Positions 1 through 11,600 of a stretch of DNA of 64,000 bases are shown one piece after another (position 1 is the first letter of the stretch; each line of letters begins with the position of its first letter). This DNA comes from Alphaproteobacteria bacterium. GTDB lineage: Bacteria; Pseudomonadota; Alphaproteobacteria; MPNO01; UBA830. The translations under genes were made by a program, and so were the position numbers. The stretch covers positions 4,512,001 through 4,576,000 of the forward strand of contig OZ251539.1 in NCBI GenBank assembly GCA_965243135.1, in the 5' to 3' direction. The notes beneath the pieces were generated by a model. It saw only the letters and a list, made by a program, of their open reading frames with translations. It did no database searches and was not told where the DNA came from.

Positions 1-561
1 GTCGACGCCGGCGTGGACGAACACCATGCCCGCGTCGGCGGTGTACGCCGCGTGCTTCAGCGAACTCAGGAACTCCCGGTGGCCGGACGACCCGTCGACG
101 GCCGCGCGCAGGCTCGACGTCCACTTGGCCAGCGCGAGAGGGCCCTCGTTGGCCGCGATCTCGCCGTCCGTGATCGCGCCGCCGTAGGCCGCGATGGTCG
201 CCATCACTCCCTGTTTCGCCATCCAGCGCAAGACGTCGCCCGGGTTCGCCGCGAACTGGATCTCCTGCAGCTTGGTCCACATTTCTTCCTGGCTTCCGCG
301 CAGAACGGCGTAATCGCAGGTGCAGTTGTTGGCGAACGCGAGAAAGGCGCGACGGAACCGCAAGAGTTCGTCGACCGTCTCCCGCACCGCGGCGCCCCAC
401 CCGATGACGCTGCCGAGGTAGATCAGTTTGTCGCCCGGCTCGAGGCGCGGCCCGAGCTCGGCATGCAAGTCCGCGAGGCGCGCCGCTTCGCCGCGCACCG
501 AACCGACCGCCCAGACCCTGCAGGGCGAGACGAACCGGGCGATGGGACAAGGCGTTTCCAT
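1..561 (-). CDS. Metallophosphoesterase-like protein (degenerate metal motifs), runs off window start
   Basis: Manual translation METPCPIARF..RVWAVGSVRG..KLIYLGSVIGWG..VLRGSQEEM..VFVHAGVD follows the calcineurin-like phosphoesterase motif order. Absent from the ORF track because no stop lies in the window. Confidence 0.6.
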   Translation of the reverse strand, partial: METPCPIARFVSPCRVWAVGSVRGEAARLADLHAELGPRLEPGDKLIYLGSVIGWGAAVRETVDELLRFRRAFLAFANNCTCDYAVLRGSQEEMWTKLQEIQFAANPGDVLRWMAKQGVMATIAAYGGAITDGEIAANEGPLALAKWTSSLRAAVDGSSGHREFLSSLKHAAYTADAGMVFVHAGVD

Positions 562-622
562 GACGCGAACATAATCCAAATCTCGCGAATCGACGTATCC
601 GCAGAGCGGGCGCCCTCGGCCG

Positions 623-651
623 CTTGACGCGCGCGCCGGAACGGCATAGGT
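623..651 (+). promoter_or_regulatory. Possible sigma70-type promoter for ffh
   Basis: CTTGAC followed 16 nt later by CATAGG, about 110 bp upstream of ffh. Confidence 0.3.
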
Positions 652-761
652 TCCGCTTCGTTCACGGTCACTCGTTGCCTTCGGCGCCCGAGGGTGCCCG
701 CCGGTCCGCGCGGATGCGCGCGCCGACGCGATAGGCGCTGGACCGACCGCAAGGAGCGCGC

Positions 762-2141
762 ATGTTCGATAACCTGACCGGACGCTTGGGCGACATCCTC
801 GGCCGGCTGACCGGACGCGGCTCCCTGACGGAAGCCGACGTCGCGGCCGCGATGCGCGAAATCCGCGTGGCGCTGCTCGAAGCGGACGTCGCCCTGCCCG
901 TGGTCAAGGACTTCGTCGACCGCGTCGGCCGGCTGGCCGTCGGCGAAGAGGTCGCGCGCTCGGTCGCGCCGGGCCAGCAGGTCGTCAAGATCGTTCACGA
1001 CGAACTGGTCGAGATGCTCGGCCCCGAAAGCGGCGATCTCGAGGTCCGCGCCGCGCCGCCCGCGGCCGTGATGTTGGTCGGCCTCCAGGGTTCCGGCAAA
1101 ACCACGACCTCCGCCAAGATCGGCATGCGCCTCCGGGATCGGCAGGGCAAGAAGGTGCTGCTCGCCTCGCTGGACGTGCGCCGCCCGGCCGCGCAGAAGC
1201 AACTCGCCGTCCTGGGCGAGCAGGCGGGGATCGACAGCCTTCCGGTCGTCCCGTTTCAGACGCCGCGCATGATCGCCGTCCGGGCCATGGATGCCGGGCG
1301 CAAGGGCGGATACGACATCGTCGTTCTCGACACTGCCGGCCGGCTGCACGTCGACGACGACCTGATGAACGAGGCGGTCCAGGTCCGGGACGCCGCCGGT
1401 CCGGCGGAAATCCTCCTGGCGGCCGACGCCATGACCGGCCAGGACGCGGTCGCCGTGGCCAAGGCGTTCAACGAAACGCTGAAGCTTACCGGCATCGTCC
1501 TGACGCGAACCGACGGCGACGCCCGGGGCGGCGCCGCGCTCTCCATGAGAGCGGCCGCCGGCGTCCCCATCCGCCTCCTCGGAACGGGCGAGAAGCTCGA
1601 CGCGCTGGAGGCGTTCCACCCCGACCGCGTCGCGTCCCGCATTCTCGGCATGGGCGACGTCGTCAGCCTCGTCGAAAGGGCTCAGGAGCAGGTCGAAGAG
1701 GAAGAGGCCGAAGCGCTCGCCCGCAAGATCGACGCTGGGAATTTCGACCTCGACGATCTCGCCAAGCAACTGCGCCAGTTGCGGAAGCTGGGCGGTCTGG
1801 ACGGGTTGATGGGCATGCTGCCCGGCGCGAGGAAGGCGCGGGCGCAGATGGAAAAAGCCAGCCTGGACGACCGGTCGATCGTCCGCCAGGAAGCGATGAT
1901 TTCCTCGATGACGCCTGCGGAACGCCGCAAGCCCGCGCTCATCAAGGCGTCGCGCAAGCGGCGCATCGCGGCGGGGTCCGGCGCTACGGTGCAGGACGTG
2001 AACCGGCTTCTCAAGAGCTACAAGGACATGACCCGCATGATGAAGACGATCAAGAAAATGGACAAGAGAGGGATGACGCCGGAAGCGCTGGCCGGCATGA
2101 CGCAGCCCGGCGCGCCGCCGTTCGACCCCCGCTTCCGCTGA
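762..2141 (+). CDS. ffh: Signal recognition particle protein Ffh
   Basis: MFDNLT..ALLEADV, GLQGSGKTT, DTAGR, DGDARGGAALS, Met-rich M domain. Confidence 0.98.
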   Translation: MFDNLTGRLGDILGRLTGRGSLTEADVAAAMREIRVALLEADVALPVVKDFVDRVGRLAVGEEVARSVAPGQQVVKIVHDELVEMLGPESGDLEVRAAPPAAVMLVGLQGSGKTTTSAKIGMRLRDRQGKKVLLASLDVRRPAAQKQLAVLGEQAGIDSLPVVPFQTPRMIAVRAMDAGRKGGYDIVVLDTAGRLHVDDDLMNEAVQVRDAAGPAEILLAADAMTGQDAVAVAKAFNETLKLTGIVLTRTDGDARGGAALSMRAAAGVPIRLLGTGEKLDALEAFHPDRVASRILGMGDVVSLVERAQEQVEEEEAEALARKIDAGNFDLDDLAKQLRQLRKLGGLDGLMGMLPGARKARAQMEKASLDDRSIVRQEAMISSMTPAERRKPALIKASRKRRIAAGSGATVQDVNRLLKSYKDMTRMMKTIKKMDKRGMTPEALAGMTQPGAPPFDPRFR

Positions 2142-2163
2142 TCCGCCTGAACAGGAGAACCGC

Positions 2164-2505
2164 ATGTCGCTGAGAATGAGACTGTCCCGGAGCGGCGCGA
2201 AGAAGCGCCCCTATTACCGCATCGTCATCGCGGATTCGCGCATGCCGCGCGACGGCCGCTTCATCGAGCGCGTCGGCACGTACAATCCGATGTTGCCGCA
2301 GGACGATCCGAAACGCGTCACCTTCAAGGAAGACCGCGTCCGCCACTGGCTCGACTGCGGCGCCAAGCCTTCCGACCGGGTCGCGCGCTTTCTGGGACAG
2401 GCGGAAATAATCCCGATGCCGCAATGGCGGGAAACGCCGAAGAAAAGCGCGCCCGGAGCGAAGGCGCTCGAACGCTTGAACAAGGCGGAAGAGGCCGCCG
2501 GCTAG
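2164..2505 (+). CDS. rpsP: 30S ribosomal protein S16
   Basis: [37 protein letters not shown]; synteny. Confidence 0.98.
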   Translation: MSLRMRLSRSGAKKRPYYRIVIADSRMPRDGRFIERVGTYNPMLPQDDPKRVTFKEDRVRHWLDCGAKPSDRVARFLGQAEIIPMPQWRETPKKSAPGAKALERLNKAEEAAG

Positions 2506-2532
2506 GCGGCGAACCGAAAAGGAGATCGAGAC

Positions 2533-3060
2533 ACGAACAAGGAGTCCCGCGGCCCGTCCGGGCGGATCTGCGTCGGAGCCGTCGCCGGCCCTCACGGAGT
2601 GCGCGGCCTGGTGCGGATCAAGAGTTTCACGGAAGAACCCGCGAACGTCGCCGCCTACGGCCCGGTCGCGGACGAAACCGGACGGAAGCGCTTCGAACTC
2701 CGGATCCGCGAGACGCGCAAGAACGTGGTGATCGCGCGAATTCCCGGGATCGGAGGACGGGAAGAGGCGGCGGCGCTGAAGGGGATGCGGCTCTACGTTC
2801 CGCGGGAGGCCCTGCCGGCGCCGGAGGAGGGCGAGTTCTACCATGCGGATCTCCTGGGGCTCGCCGCCGAGCTGAGGGACGGGACCCCCGCCGGAACGGT
2901 CGAGGCGGTCCTGGAAGCGGGCGAAACGGCGGTTCTCGAAGTGGCCGCGGGCCGCGAAACGGTGCTGGTGCCGTTCACCAGCGAAGCGGTGCCGGTGGTG
3001 GATCTGGAGGCTGGGCGCCTCGTGATCGATCCGCCGGACGAAGAAGGGAGCGGAGCATGA
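2533..3060 (+). CDS. rimM: 16S rRNA processing protein RimM (start uncertain: ACG 2533 or GTG 2599)
   Basis: [37 protein letters not shown]; lies between rpsP and trmD. Confidence 0.9.
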   Translation, partial: TNKESRGPSGRICVGAVAGPHGVRGLVRIKSFTEEPANVAAYGPVADETGRKRFELRIRETRKNVVIARIPGIGGREEAAALKGMRLYVPREALPAPEEGEFYHADLLGLAAELRDGTPAGTVEAVLEAGETAVLEVAAGRETVLVPFTSEAVPVVDLEAGRLVIDPPDEEGSGA

Positions 3061-3770
3061 GCCGCGCCTGGACGGCCAGGGTGCTGACGCTGTTCCCGGA
3101 CATGTTTCCGGGACCGCTCGCGCTGTCGCTTGCGGGCAAGGCCCTTCGCGACGGGCTTTGGGCGCTGGAGACGGCGGACATCCGCGATTACGCGGGCGAC
3201 AGGCACGGAACGGTGGACGACGCCCCCTTCGGGGGCGGGCCCGGCATGGTGCTGCGCGCCGACGTGGTCGACGCCGCGGTCGCGGCCTGCGCGCTGCCGG
3301 GCGCGCCTCTGGTTCACCTGACCCCCCGCGGCGCGCCGCTCGGCCAGGGCCGGGTGGAAGCGCTCGCCGGCGGGCCGGGCGTCACGCTGATCTGCGGACG
3401 CTACGAGGGAATCGACCAGCGCGTGTTCGAGGCGCGCGAGATCGAGGAAATCAGCATCGGCGACTTCGTGCTTTCGGGCGGCGAGCCCGCGGCGGTCGCG
3501 CTGATCGACGCCTGCGTCCGGCTGCTGCCCGGCGTGGCGGGCGACGTCGCGTCGCTGGAAGACGAAAGCTTCAGCCGGGGGCTGCTCGAGTATCCCCATT
3601 ACACGCGGCCCGCCGATTGGCGCGGCCGAAAGGTGCCGGACGTGCTGCTCTCCGGGCACCACGGACGCATCGAAGCCTGGCGCCTGGCGCAGGCGGAAAC
3701 CGCCACGCGGCAGCGCCGGCCCGACCTGTGGGACCGGTACCTGCAGGCAAAGGAAGGAACGACGCCATGA
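3057..3770 (+). CDS. trmD: tRNA (guanine37-N1)-methyltransferase
   Basis: [52 protein letters not shown]; ATGA overlap with rimM. Confidence 0.98.
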   Translation: MSRAWTARVLTLFPDMFPGPLALSLAGKALRDGLWALETADIRDYAGDRHGTVDDAPFGGGPGMVLRADVVDAAVAACALPGAPLVHLTPRGAPLGQGRVEALAGGPGVTLICGRYEGIDQRVFEAREIEEISIGDFVLSGGEPAAVALIDACVRLLPGVAGDVASLEDESFSRGLLEYPHYTRPADWRGRKVPDVLLSGHHGRIEAWRLAQAETATRQRRPDLWDRYLQAKEGTTP

Positions 3771-4249
3771 ACCTGATCGACCAGATCGAAAAAGCGGAAA
3801 TCGAGCGCCTCACGGCCGACCGCTCGGTGCCCGAATTCTCCCCTGGCGACACCGTCCGGGTGCATTTCCGCGTGGTCGAAGGAACCCGCGAACGCATTCA
3901 GGTTTACGAAGGCGTGGTGATCGCCCGGTCGAGCCGCAACCTCAACTCGTCGTTCACCGTGCGCAAGATCTCGTACGGCGAGGGGGTGGAGCGCGTCTTC
4001 CCGCTCTACAGTCCGCGCATCGAGAAGATCGAGGTCGTGCGCCGCGGCGCCGTGCGCCGCGCCAAGCTGTATTACCTCCGCGGCCGCCGCGGCAAGAAGG
4101 CGCGGATCGCCGAGAAGATCGACCGGCGGCAGGCCCGCGCCGAAACCGCGGCGGCGGAGTCTGCGGAACCGCCGGAGAACACGGACGTTCCCGCCGCGGA
4201 GAACCCGGACGTTCCCGCCGCGGAGAGCGCCGAAAGCCCGGAGCGCTGA
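3767..4249 (+). CDS. rplS: 50S ribosomal protein L19
   Basis: [38 protein letters not shown]. Confidence 0.98.
   Translation: MNLIDQIEKAEIERLTADRSVPEFSPGDTVRVHFRVVEGTRERIQVYEGVVIARSSRNLNSSFTVRKISYGEGVERVFPLYSPRIEKIEVVRRGAVRRAKLYYLRGRRGKKARIAEKIDRRQARAETAAAESAEPPENTDVPAAENPDVPAAESAESPER
4175..4222 (+). repeat. 24-bp tandem repeat x2 in the rplS 3' end
   Basis: GAGAAC(A/C)CGGACGTTCCCGCCGCG twice, encoding EN(T/P)DVPAA. Confidence 0.9.
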
Positions 4250-4274
4250 GCGCCGCCTGACCGGAGAAAATCGA

Positions 4275-5690
<1,416 letters not shown>

Positions 5691-5705
5691 AAGGAAAGCG
5701 CAACC

Positions 5706-6326
5706 ATGGAAAAATTCGCGAGTTTCAGCGGCGTCGCCGCTCCCATGCCGGACCACAACGTCGATACCGACCGCATCATTCCCGCGCGCTTTCTGAAGAC
5801 CGTGAAGCGGACCGGTCTCGGCGTCAGCCTGTTCAACGACGTCCGCTATCGCGAGGACGGCTCCGAAGTCCCGGAATTCGTGCTCAACCGTCCGGCCTAC
5901 CGCGACGCGGAGATCCTGGTCGCGGGCGACAACTTCGGATGCGGCTCGTCCCGCGAACACGCGCCGTGGGCGCTGAAGGATTTCGGGATCCGCTGCGTCA
6001 TCTCGACCTCCTTCGCAGACATCTTCTTCAACAATTCGTTCAAGAACGGGCTTCTGCTGATCGCCGTCGCGCCCGAACAGCGGGACAAGCTGCTCGCCGA
6101 CGCCGACAAGGGCGGCAACGCGCGCGTCACGATCGATCTCGAAAACCAGAAGATCGTCCGGCCCGACGGAGAGGAAATCGGCTTCGAGGTCGATCCGTTC
6201 CGCAAGTACTGCCTGCTCGAGGGCCTCGACGACATCGGCATCACGCTCCAGTCCGAAGACCGGATCTCGGCCTTCGAGGAAAAGCGCAGGCAGCGCATGC
6301 CCTGGCTCAAGGGCGCCAGAGTCTAG
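5706..6326 (+). CDS. leuD: 3-isopropylmalate dehydratase small subunit
   Basis: [38 protein letters not shown]. Confidence 0.98.
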   Translation: MEKFASFSGVAAPMPDHNVDTDRIIPARFLKTVKRTGLGVSLFNDVRYREDGSEVPEFVLNRPAYRDAEILVAGDNFGCGSSREHAPWALKDFGIRCVISTSFADIFFNNSFKNGLLLIAVAPEQRDKLLADADKGGNARVTIDLENQKIVRPDGEEIGFEVDPFRKYCLLEGLDDIGITLQSEDRISAFEEKRRQRMPWLKGARV

Positions 6327-6352
6327 AACGGCGCGCGACGGAGAACGGCCGG

Positions 6353-7465
6353 ATGCCCGCCAACAAGAAGCTGCTGATGCTGCCCGGCGACGGGATCGGC
6401 CCCGAAGTGATGGGCGAAGTGCGGAGGCTGATCGACTGGATGGACGCGCGCCGCCACGTCTCGTTCGACGTGACCGAGGATCTGGTGGGCGGCGCGGCCT
6501 ACGAAGCCCGCGGCGTCGCGATCGCCGACGAAACCATGGAAACGGCTCTCTCCGCCGACGCCGTCCTGTTCGGCGCAGTCGGAGGCCCCGCCTGGGACAA
6601 CGTGGCCTACGACGTCCGGCCCGAAGCGGGGCTGTTGCGGCTGCGCAAGGATCTCGACCTGTTCGCCAACCTCAGGCCGGCCATCTGCTTCGATGCGCTT
6701 GCGGAGGCTTCGAGCCTGAAGCCGGACCTGGTTTCCGGGCTCGACATCCTGATCGTCCGCGAACTGACGGGCGGGGTGTATTTCGGAGAGCCGCGCGGAA
6801 TCGAGACCCTGCCCGACGGCCAGCGCCGCGGCGTCAACACCCAAGTCTACACCACCGGCGAGATACGCCGGGTCTGCCGGGTCGCTTTCGATCTGGCGGC
6901 CAAGCGGAGCAACCGGGTGTGCTCGACCGAAAAGAGCAACGTCATGGAATCCGGACTGCTCTGGCGCGAAGAAGCGCAATGGGTGCGCGACAACGAGTTT
7001 CCCGAGGCGGAACTGGTCCACTTGCTCGCCGACAACTGCGGCATGCAGCTCGTGCGCAATCCCAAGCAGTTCGACGTGATCGTCACCGACAACCTGTTCG
7101 GCGACATGCTCTCGGACGTCGCCTCGATGCTGACGGGGTCGCTCGGCATGCTGCCTTCGGCGTCGCTCGGCCCGGCCGACAACGCCGGCCGGCGGCGCGC
7201 GCTGTACGAGCCGGTTCACGGCTCCGCCCCGGATATCGCCGGGCAGGGCAAGGCCAATCCGCTGGCGATGATCCAGTCCTACGCCATGATGCTGCGCTAT
7301 TCCTTCGACATGGGCGAAGACGCCGACCTCGTGGAGCAGGCCGTCCGAAACGCCCTCGCCGCCGGCCTGCGCACCTCCGACATCATGCAGGCCGGCATGA
7401 CGGCCGTCTCCTGCGAGCGGATGGGCGAAGCGATAACGCTCGAACTCGACAAGTTAGCAACATGA
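6353..7465 (+). CDS. leuB: 3-isopropylmalate dehydrogenase
   Basis: [44 protein letters not shown]. Confidence 0.98.
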   Translation: MPANKKLLMLPGDGIGPEVMGEVRRLIDWMDARRHVSFDVTEDLVGGAAYEARGVAIADETMETALSADAVLFGAVGGPAWDNVAYDVRPEAGLLRLRKDLDLFANLRPAICFDALAEASSLKPDLVSGLDILIVRELTGGVYFGEPRGIETLPDGQRRGVNTQVYTTGEIRRVCRVAFDLAAKRSNRVCSTEKSNVMESGLLWREEAQWVRDNEFPEAELVHLLADNCGMQLVRNPKQFDVIVTDNLFGDMLSDVASMLTGSLGMLPSASLGPADNAGRRRALYEPVHGSAPDIAGQGKANPLAMIQSYAMMLRYSFDMGEDADLVEQAVRNALAAGLRTSDIMQAGMTAVSCERMGEAITLELDKLAT

Positions 7466-7578
7466 CTATCGCGCATTTCACTCTAATGTTTTTGTTATTG
7501 TTCGTCCTATACTCGCACCCATATACCTTGTCTTTACTATGGCACTGATCCCTCCCCCTATCACGCGGTTACCCAGAC

Positions 7579-10500
7579 ATGACCATCAAAGAAGCCGTTG
7601 ACTTTATTTCCAACGCCTTGAAGGACGAACGCCCTCTGGTTTTGTTTGCCGGTCAACAATTCGATCCTGCCAGCAATACAATACTTGAAGGTTTTTTCCG
7701 TCACCTGAATTACAAGAATCTTGGTCATGGATGGAACGATATTTTTCAGGAAGATTTAACAGCGGATGACTTAGCATGGTTGTCTGAACGTTTTGACAGG
7801 AACGTACCCTCCGACGCTCTCCAAACTATATTTGATATCCCTTGGAGTGCTGTTTTTACTTCTTCGATCGATCCTAGGTTTTCCCAGCGTTTTGAAACAC
7901 GGGGACGGCAACCTGAGCAGATTCTATCTGCTGATGTTTTTCCCAGAGTACCACGTAGCAGATCACGACCGCCTGTTCATTACCTTTTTGGAAAATCAAA
8001 CGAGACGGTCGACTATGCAAGAGCTCCTAGAAAACAGAGTGAGTTAACGATTCGCGTAAATTTGCATTCCACAGCACTCTTACGGCGAATTCCCGAAGCA
8101 GCCACTGCCCGTGGGTATGTGATTATGGATGGCTATTGCCCGTTGCAGGATTGGTTGCCGTTAGATTCGTTATTGTCACCACTGTATAATCAGGTCGGAA
8201 TTAAAATATTTTGTTTTGGGATCAAGAAGCGATGGAATTCTCCCCTTGCTGACGAACTGACACGAAGAAATACTCTCGTCTTTATTGAACCGAGTTTAGA
8301 AGAAATTATTGACCACATGAAAAATATACAAATTCCGGAAATATTGGGTTCCGCTGCTCCCGATGAACCCGGTATAGTAACCATCAGTAACAATACTATA
8401 CTGGACATTACTCCAGCCTTACGATTACGAGTCGAAGCCTCTGCCGCAATTGTCGACGATGAATGGACAAAAACACCTGAGGCTCTTCTGTCTTCGGAAG
8501 ATTTACGAGACGCTTTCTATCGCTTCCACGGGGCATTAGGAAATTTTCGATTGCTCGTAGAAGGTATAATTCAAGATTTTGCAATTGAACGAGAATTTGA
8601 ACAGACCCTTTGGAAAGTCGTAAATAGCCGACTGAAGCGTCTTGGACAGGCAAATTTCGACGATATCGTAATTTTGCATGGTCAGTCTGGAACCGGAAAA
8701 ACTGTTGCACTAGCGCGCCTGACATTTAAAATTCGTACTCTATTAGGTCTACCTGTAATTGTTGCAACGAATCGGTTTCCTAATCACGCTGATGTCGAGG
8801 CATTTTGTTTTGAGTCCGAACGACTAGGGGCTACCGCCACTGTCTTAATTTGCGATAATTTGCAAGCGCCCCGACGTTATGATGATCTCGCGTCTGCATT
8901 ACGAAGTTTAGGTCGCAGACTACTTATAGTTGGGGTATGTTACAGAATGGAAAATTACGACAAGAATTTGCCCAACCATAGATTTGTCGAGGCGTCTTCT
9001 GCTGTATCGAAATCAGAGCTAAATAATTTTAAGGACCTATTGGCAAAATTTGACCATGATCCTTCTTTAACCGACGCGGAGAACTCTCCTGAACGTGGTC
9101 CCATCTTCGCTATGTTATATAGGAGGTTACCAGCTTCTCGGGAACGACTAGCCGCCGGGGTAGCATTAGAAGCGAGGGCACAAGAAGGAACCTTGCGGAC
9201 CCGCGCCCGTCAGGTACCGCGTTCAAATAAAGGCCTATCTTCCATCGCCGAGCAATTGATCAACCTCGGCATTGCCAACCCAAATTTGGCTATATTTGAT
9301 GACGATGAAAAACTAGCTGCACTCGGCTTAGACGGGGCTGGAAGGTTAATTGATCAGGTCATGGTCGCAGGCAGATTGAATTGTCCGGTCCCAGTAAATT
9401 TGATCTTCCGCTCCTTATCCGAGACAAACAGTTTAGATTTAGATCAAATTATTCATTTGTTCTCGGATATTGATCTCTTTCGATGGAGAAAAAATGAGGA
9501 AGGCTCCGACTTATCTATTTCGCCAAGAATACGATTGGAAGCCGAACTGATTTGCGCTCGACGGCTTAGCCTTGATCAAGAAATCGAGCGGCTTATTGAA
9601 CTTATTGGTAGCGTGAGGTTTGAACTGGACAGTGGAGCGGAACGCACTTTCTTGTTGGATCTTTTAGCGAAAATTGGTCGTACAGGACTTCGTGGTCAGG
9701 CGTATTCAAGCGGCTATCTTCGATTTGCCGATGCTCTACAAAGATTGCGAGAAACACATAATATTTTTGAGCCTGCGCTCGTGCTTCGAGAGTGTGTATT
9801 TAGACGCCAAGCCGTCTTTCTTTTGCAAAAGAATTCTATAGAATATGACTCTAGCGATGAACGGCTCGTGATTCTCGATCAGGCTAGGCATACAGTAGAA
9901 GAAACCTTATACAAGATCGACAATGAGAGCATACGGGTACCAAGGAGAACTAAACAGAGTCTCGTAGCGGAACGCTCAGCAATCTATGGCTATCTTGCTG
10001 TGCAGCACGCCAAATCAGAAATTGGAGAAGAGTTCTGGTCAGATTATTTGGCGGCTCGAACCGCTAGCGAAAAAGCGATGGGTTTTGGAGGAAATTATCA
10101 TCCCGTAGAAATTGCCCTTTGGACAGCCCGTGATGTACTCGAAATAAAGAGGCATCAGTTGTCGAAAGAACAACAAGCTGAGTTGTTGGCTGATCTCTAT
10201 GCGACGGTTGATATAGCGGATGATATTTTCGGCGTTCAATTAGCGTTACGACGATTTGGCAAAAATTATAGTCGAGAAACGTCGTTCGATGATAAGGACC
10301 ACGACGAAGGGATGGCTACTATAGACCAAAAAGCAAGATATTTGGAGCGTCGCAGTCGTATCGCTATTGCCATCGGAAATTCCAAGATGGAGGATGAGAC
10401 GCTAGCAGAACTCGAATCCATATCCTCTAGTGCGGTAACGTTTTTGGTCGCGAAACGTAAAGCCGAACGGATTTACTTTGCCGAACCGCCGTTCAATAAC

Positions 10501-11094
10501 CAAAATCGTCAAATTGCCAAGGATGCCGCGGATTATATTACTAACCGGGCGGACAGCGGGGTAATTTTAGATGACAGATGCCAGAGACTTTTGCTTAAAT
10601 TGAGGTGGGCTCAAGTGACTGGCGAGCGGCTGATGTTCAGACAAAGAGGTCGAACACCTAGTGAATTGGATCAAATTCTCGAGCTTCGAATGATTGTGAA
10701 TACACTCAATGAGCAAGCCGGCGTCTATGCCGGCAACCGAGAACGATATCTTGAGGCGGTGTTGTGTTGGCTCGCTAATGATACCAATAGAGCTCTTGAG
10801 ATTTGGAGGTCATTATCTCGTGATACTGAATATGAGGACAAATCTCGCGTCGTGCGATGGCTTGTTACGACTAATTCCAACGGTTCGCCAATAGAATTTC
10901 GTGGTCGTGTTGAAAAGAAAAGAGATAACGATTGGCGGCTGCGGGTGGATAACATCGACAAACCGATAGCTATGCTGGTCAGGGACTTTTCTAACGAAGA
11001 TCTTTCTCATGGAAGAGAGCTAAGAGGATTCGGTATAGCTTTTAACTACATTGGACCAATTGCAGATCCGTTGTCTCGCTCGGTTCGCACATGA
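7579..11094 (+). CDS. Large STAND-type NTPase: degenerate SIR2-like N-terminus, P-loop, helical/TPR-like region, C-terminal OB/cold-shock-like fold (Avs/SAMD9-like)
   Basis: 1171-aa ORF in AT-rich DNA. LVLFAGQ / PWSAVFTSSID / VHYLFG (SIR2-like), ILHGQSGTGKT (Walker A), VLICD (Walker B), terminal FRGRV...FGIAFNYIGPIA. Confidence 0.75.
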   Translation: MTIKEAVDFISNALKDERPLVLFAGQQFDPASNTILEGFFRHLNYKNLGHGWNDIFQEDLTADDLAWLSERFDRNVPSDALQTIFDIPWSAVFTSSIDPRFSQRFETRGRQPEQILSADVFPRVPRSRSRPPVHYLFGKSNETVDYARAPRKQSELTIRVNLHSTALLRRIPEAATARGYVIMDGYCPLQDWLPLDSLLSPLYNQVGIKIFCFGIKKRWNSPLADELTRRNTLVFIEPSLEEIIDHMKNIQIPEILGSAAPDEPGIVTISNNTILDITPALRLRVEASAAIVDDEWTKTPEALLSSEDLRDAFYRFHGALGNFRLLVEGIIQDFAIEREFEQTLWKVVNSRLKRLGQANFDDIVILHGQSGTGKTVALARLTFKIRTLLGLPVIVATNRFPNHADVEAFCFESERLGATATVLICDNLQAPRRYDDLASALRSLGRRLLIVGVCYRMENYDKNLPNHRFVEASSAVSKSELNNFKDLLAKFDHDPSLTDAENSPERGPIFAMLYRRLPASRERLAAGVALEARAQEGTLRTRARQVPRSNKGLSSIAEQLINLGIANPNLAIFDDDEKLAALGLDGAGRLIDQVMVAGRLNCPVPVNLIFRSLSETNSLDLDQIIHLFSDIDLFRWRKNEEGSDLSISPRIRLEAELICARRLSLDQEIERLIELIGSVRFELDSGAERTFLLDLLAKIGRTGLRGQAYSSGYLRFADALQRLRETHNIFEPALVLRECVFRRQAVFLLQKNSIEYDSSDERLVILDQARHTVEETLYKIDNESIRVPRRTKQSLVAERSAIYGYLAVQHAKSEIGEEFWSDYLAARTASEKAMGFGGNYHPVEIALWTARDVLEIKRHQLSKEQQAELLADLYATVDIADDIFGVQLALRRFGKNYSRETSFDDKDHDEGMATIDQKARYLERRSRIAIAIGNSKMEDETLAELESISSSAVTFLVAKRKAERIYFAEPPFNNQNRQIAKDAADYITNRADSGVILDDRCQRLLLKLRWAQVTGERLMFRQRGRTPSELDQILELRMIVNTLNEQAGVYAGNRERYLEAVLCWLANDTNRALEIWRSLSRDTEYEDKSRVVRWLVTTNSNGSPIEFRGRVEKKRDNDWRLRVDNIDKPIAMLVRDFSNEDLSHGRELRGFGIAFNYIGPIADPLSRSVRT

Positions 11095-11600
11095 TGAGCC
11101 CAATTGAGCTAAATAACTTGTATATGCAGTTCCGTGCTCGTATTACGATCTACCTTCCAGATGGATGCAAAGAAGTTTCCTTAGCGCTTCCGGTTAATTT
11201 TTGTGACGAGCTCGCATTCGTTAAGCTTACGCATTGGTCGTATGCGTTATTTATGGAGGCGGCGCCTCGATCGCTCAAATTTCTCGTAAATCTTCCACCT
11301 TTACGGGCTGATACAACAATCTGGAACGAAATTAATTGTTTGCGGACATATGCCGCACATAATTTGAACTTAAAACTTCCGAAAGATCGAAAAACTATTG
11401 CTTTTGTTCATCGATGGTTCAAAGAGGCGTGTGGACACGGAACCCCAACGAACTCTGGACATTATGGCACTTGTTGTGTGCAATTAGCCGTTAAAATTGA
11501 ATCAGTTCTCGATGGTGCAATTCAAGCCTGTGATCTGCTTGACGATCCAGTGGATGGTGAACGACTTCTCGCGAACTTGAAAGATCGGCTTGGACGCTGA
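11091..11600 (+). CDS. Small helical protein with HEPN-like RxxxxH motif
   Basis: ATGA overlap with the upstream gene; INCLRTYAAHN; same AT-rich composition. Confidence 0.55.
   Translation: MMSPIELNNLYMQFRARITIYLPDGCKEVSLALPVNFCDELAFVKLTHWSYALFMEAAPRSLKFLVNLPPLRADTTIWNEINCLRTYAAHNLNLKLPKDRKTIAFVHRWFKEACGHGTPTNSGHYGTCCVQLAVKIESVLDGAIQACDLLDDPVDGERLLANLKDRLGR

Noticed and set aside
13-627. 204-aa plus-strand ORF
   Set aside because: Shadow of the minus-strand phosphoesterase-like gene at 1-561
423-2165. Long antisense and off-frame ORFs (also 3954-5960, 32231-34669, 35928-38489, 48564-51701, 57005-60094)
   Set aside because: Typical high-GC shadow frames over well-supported genes; Arg/Gly/Pro-rich with no motifs
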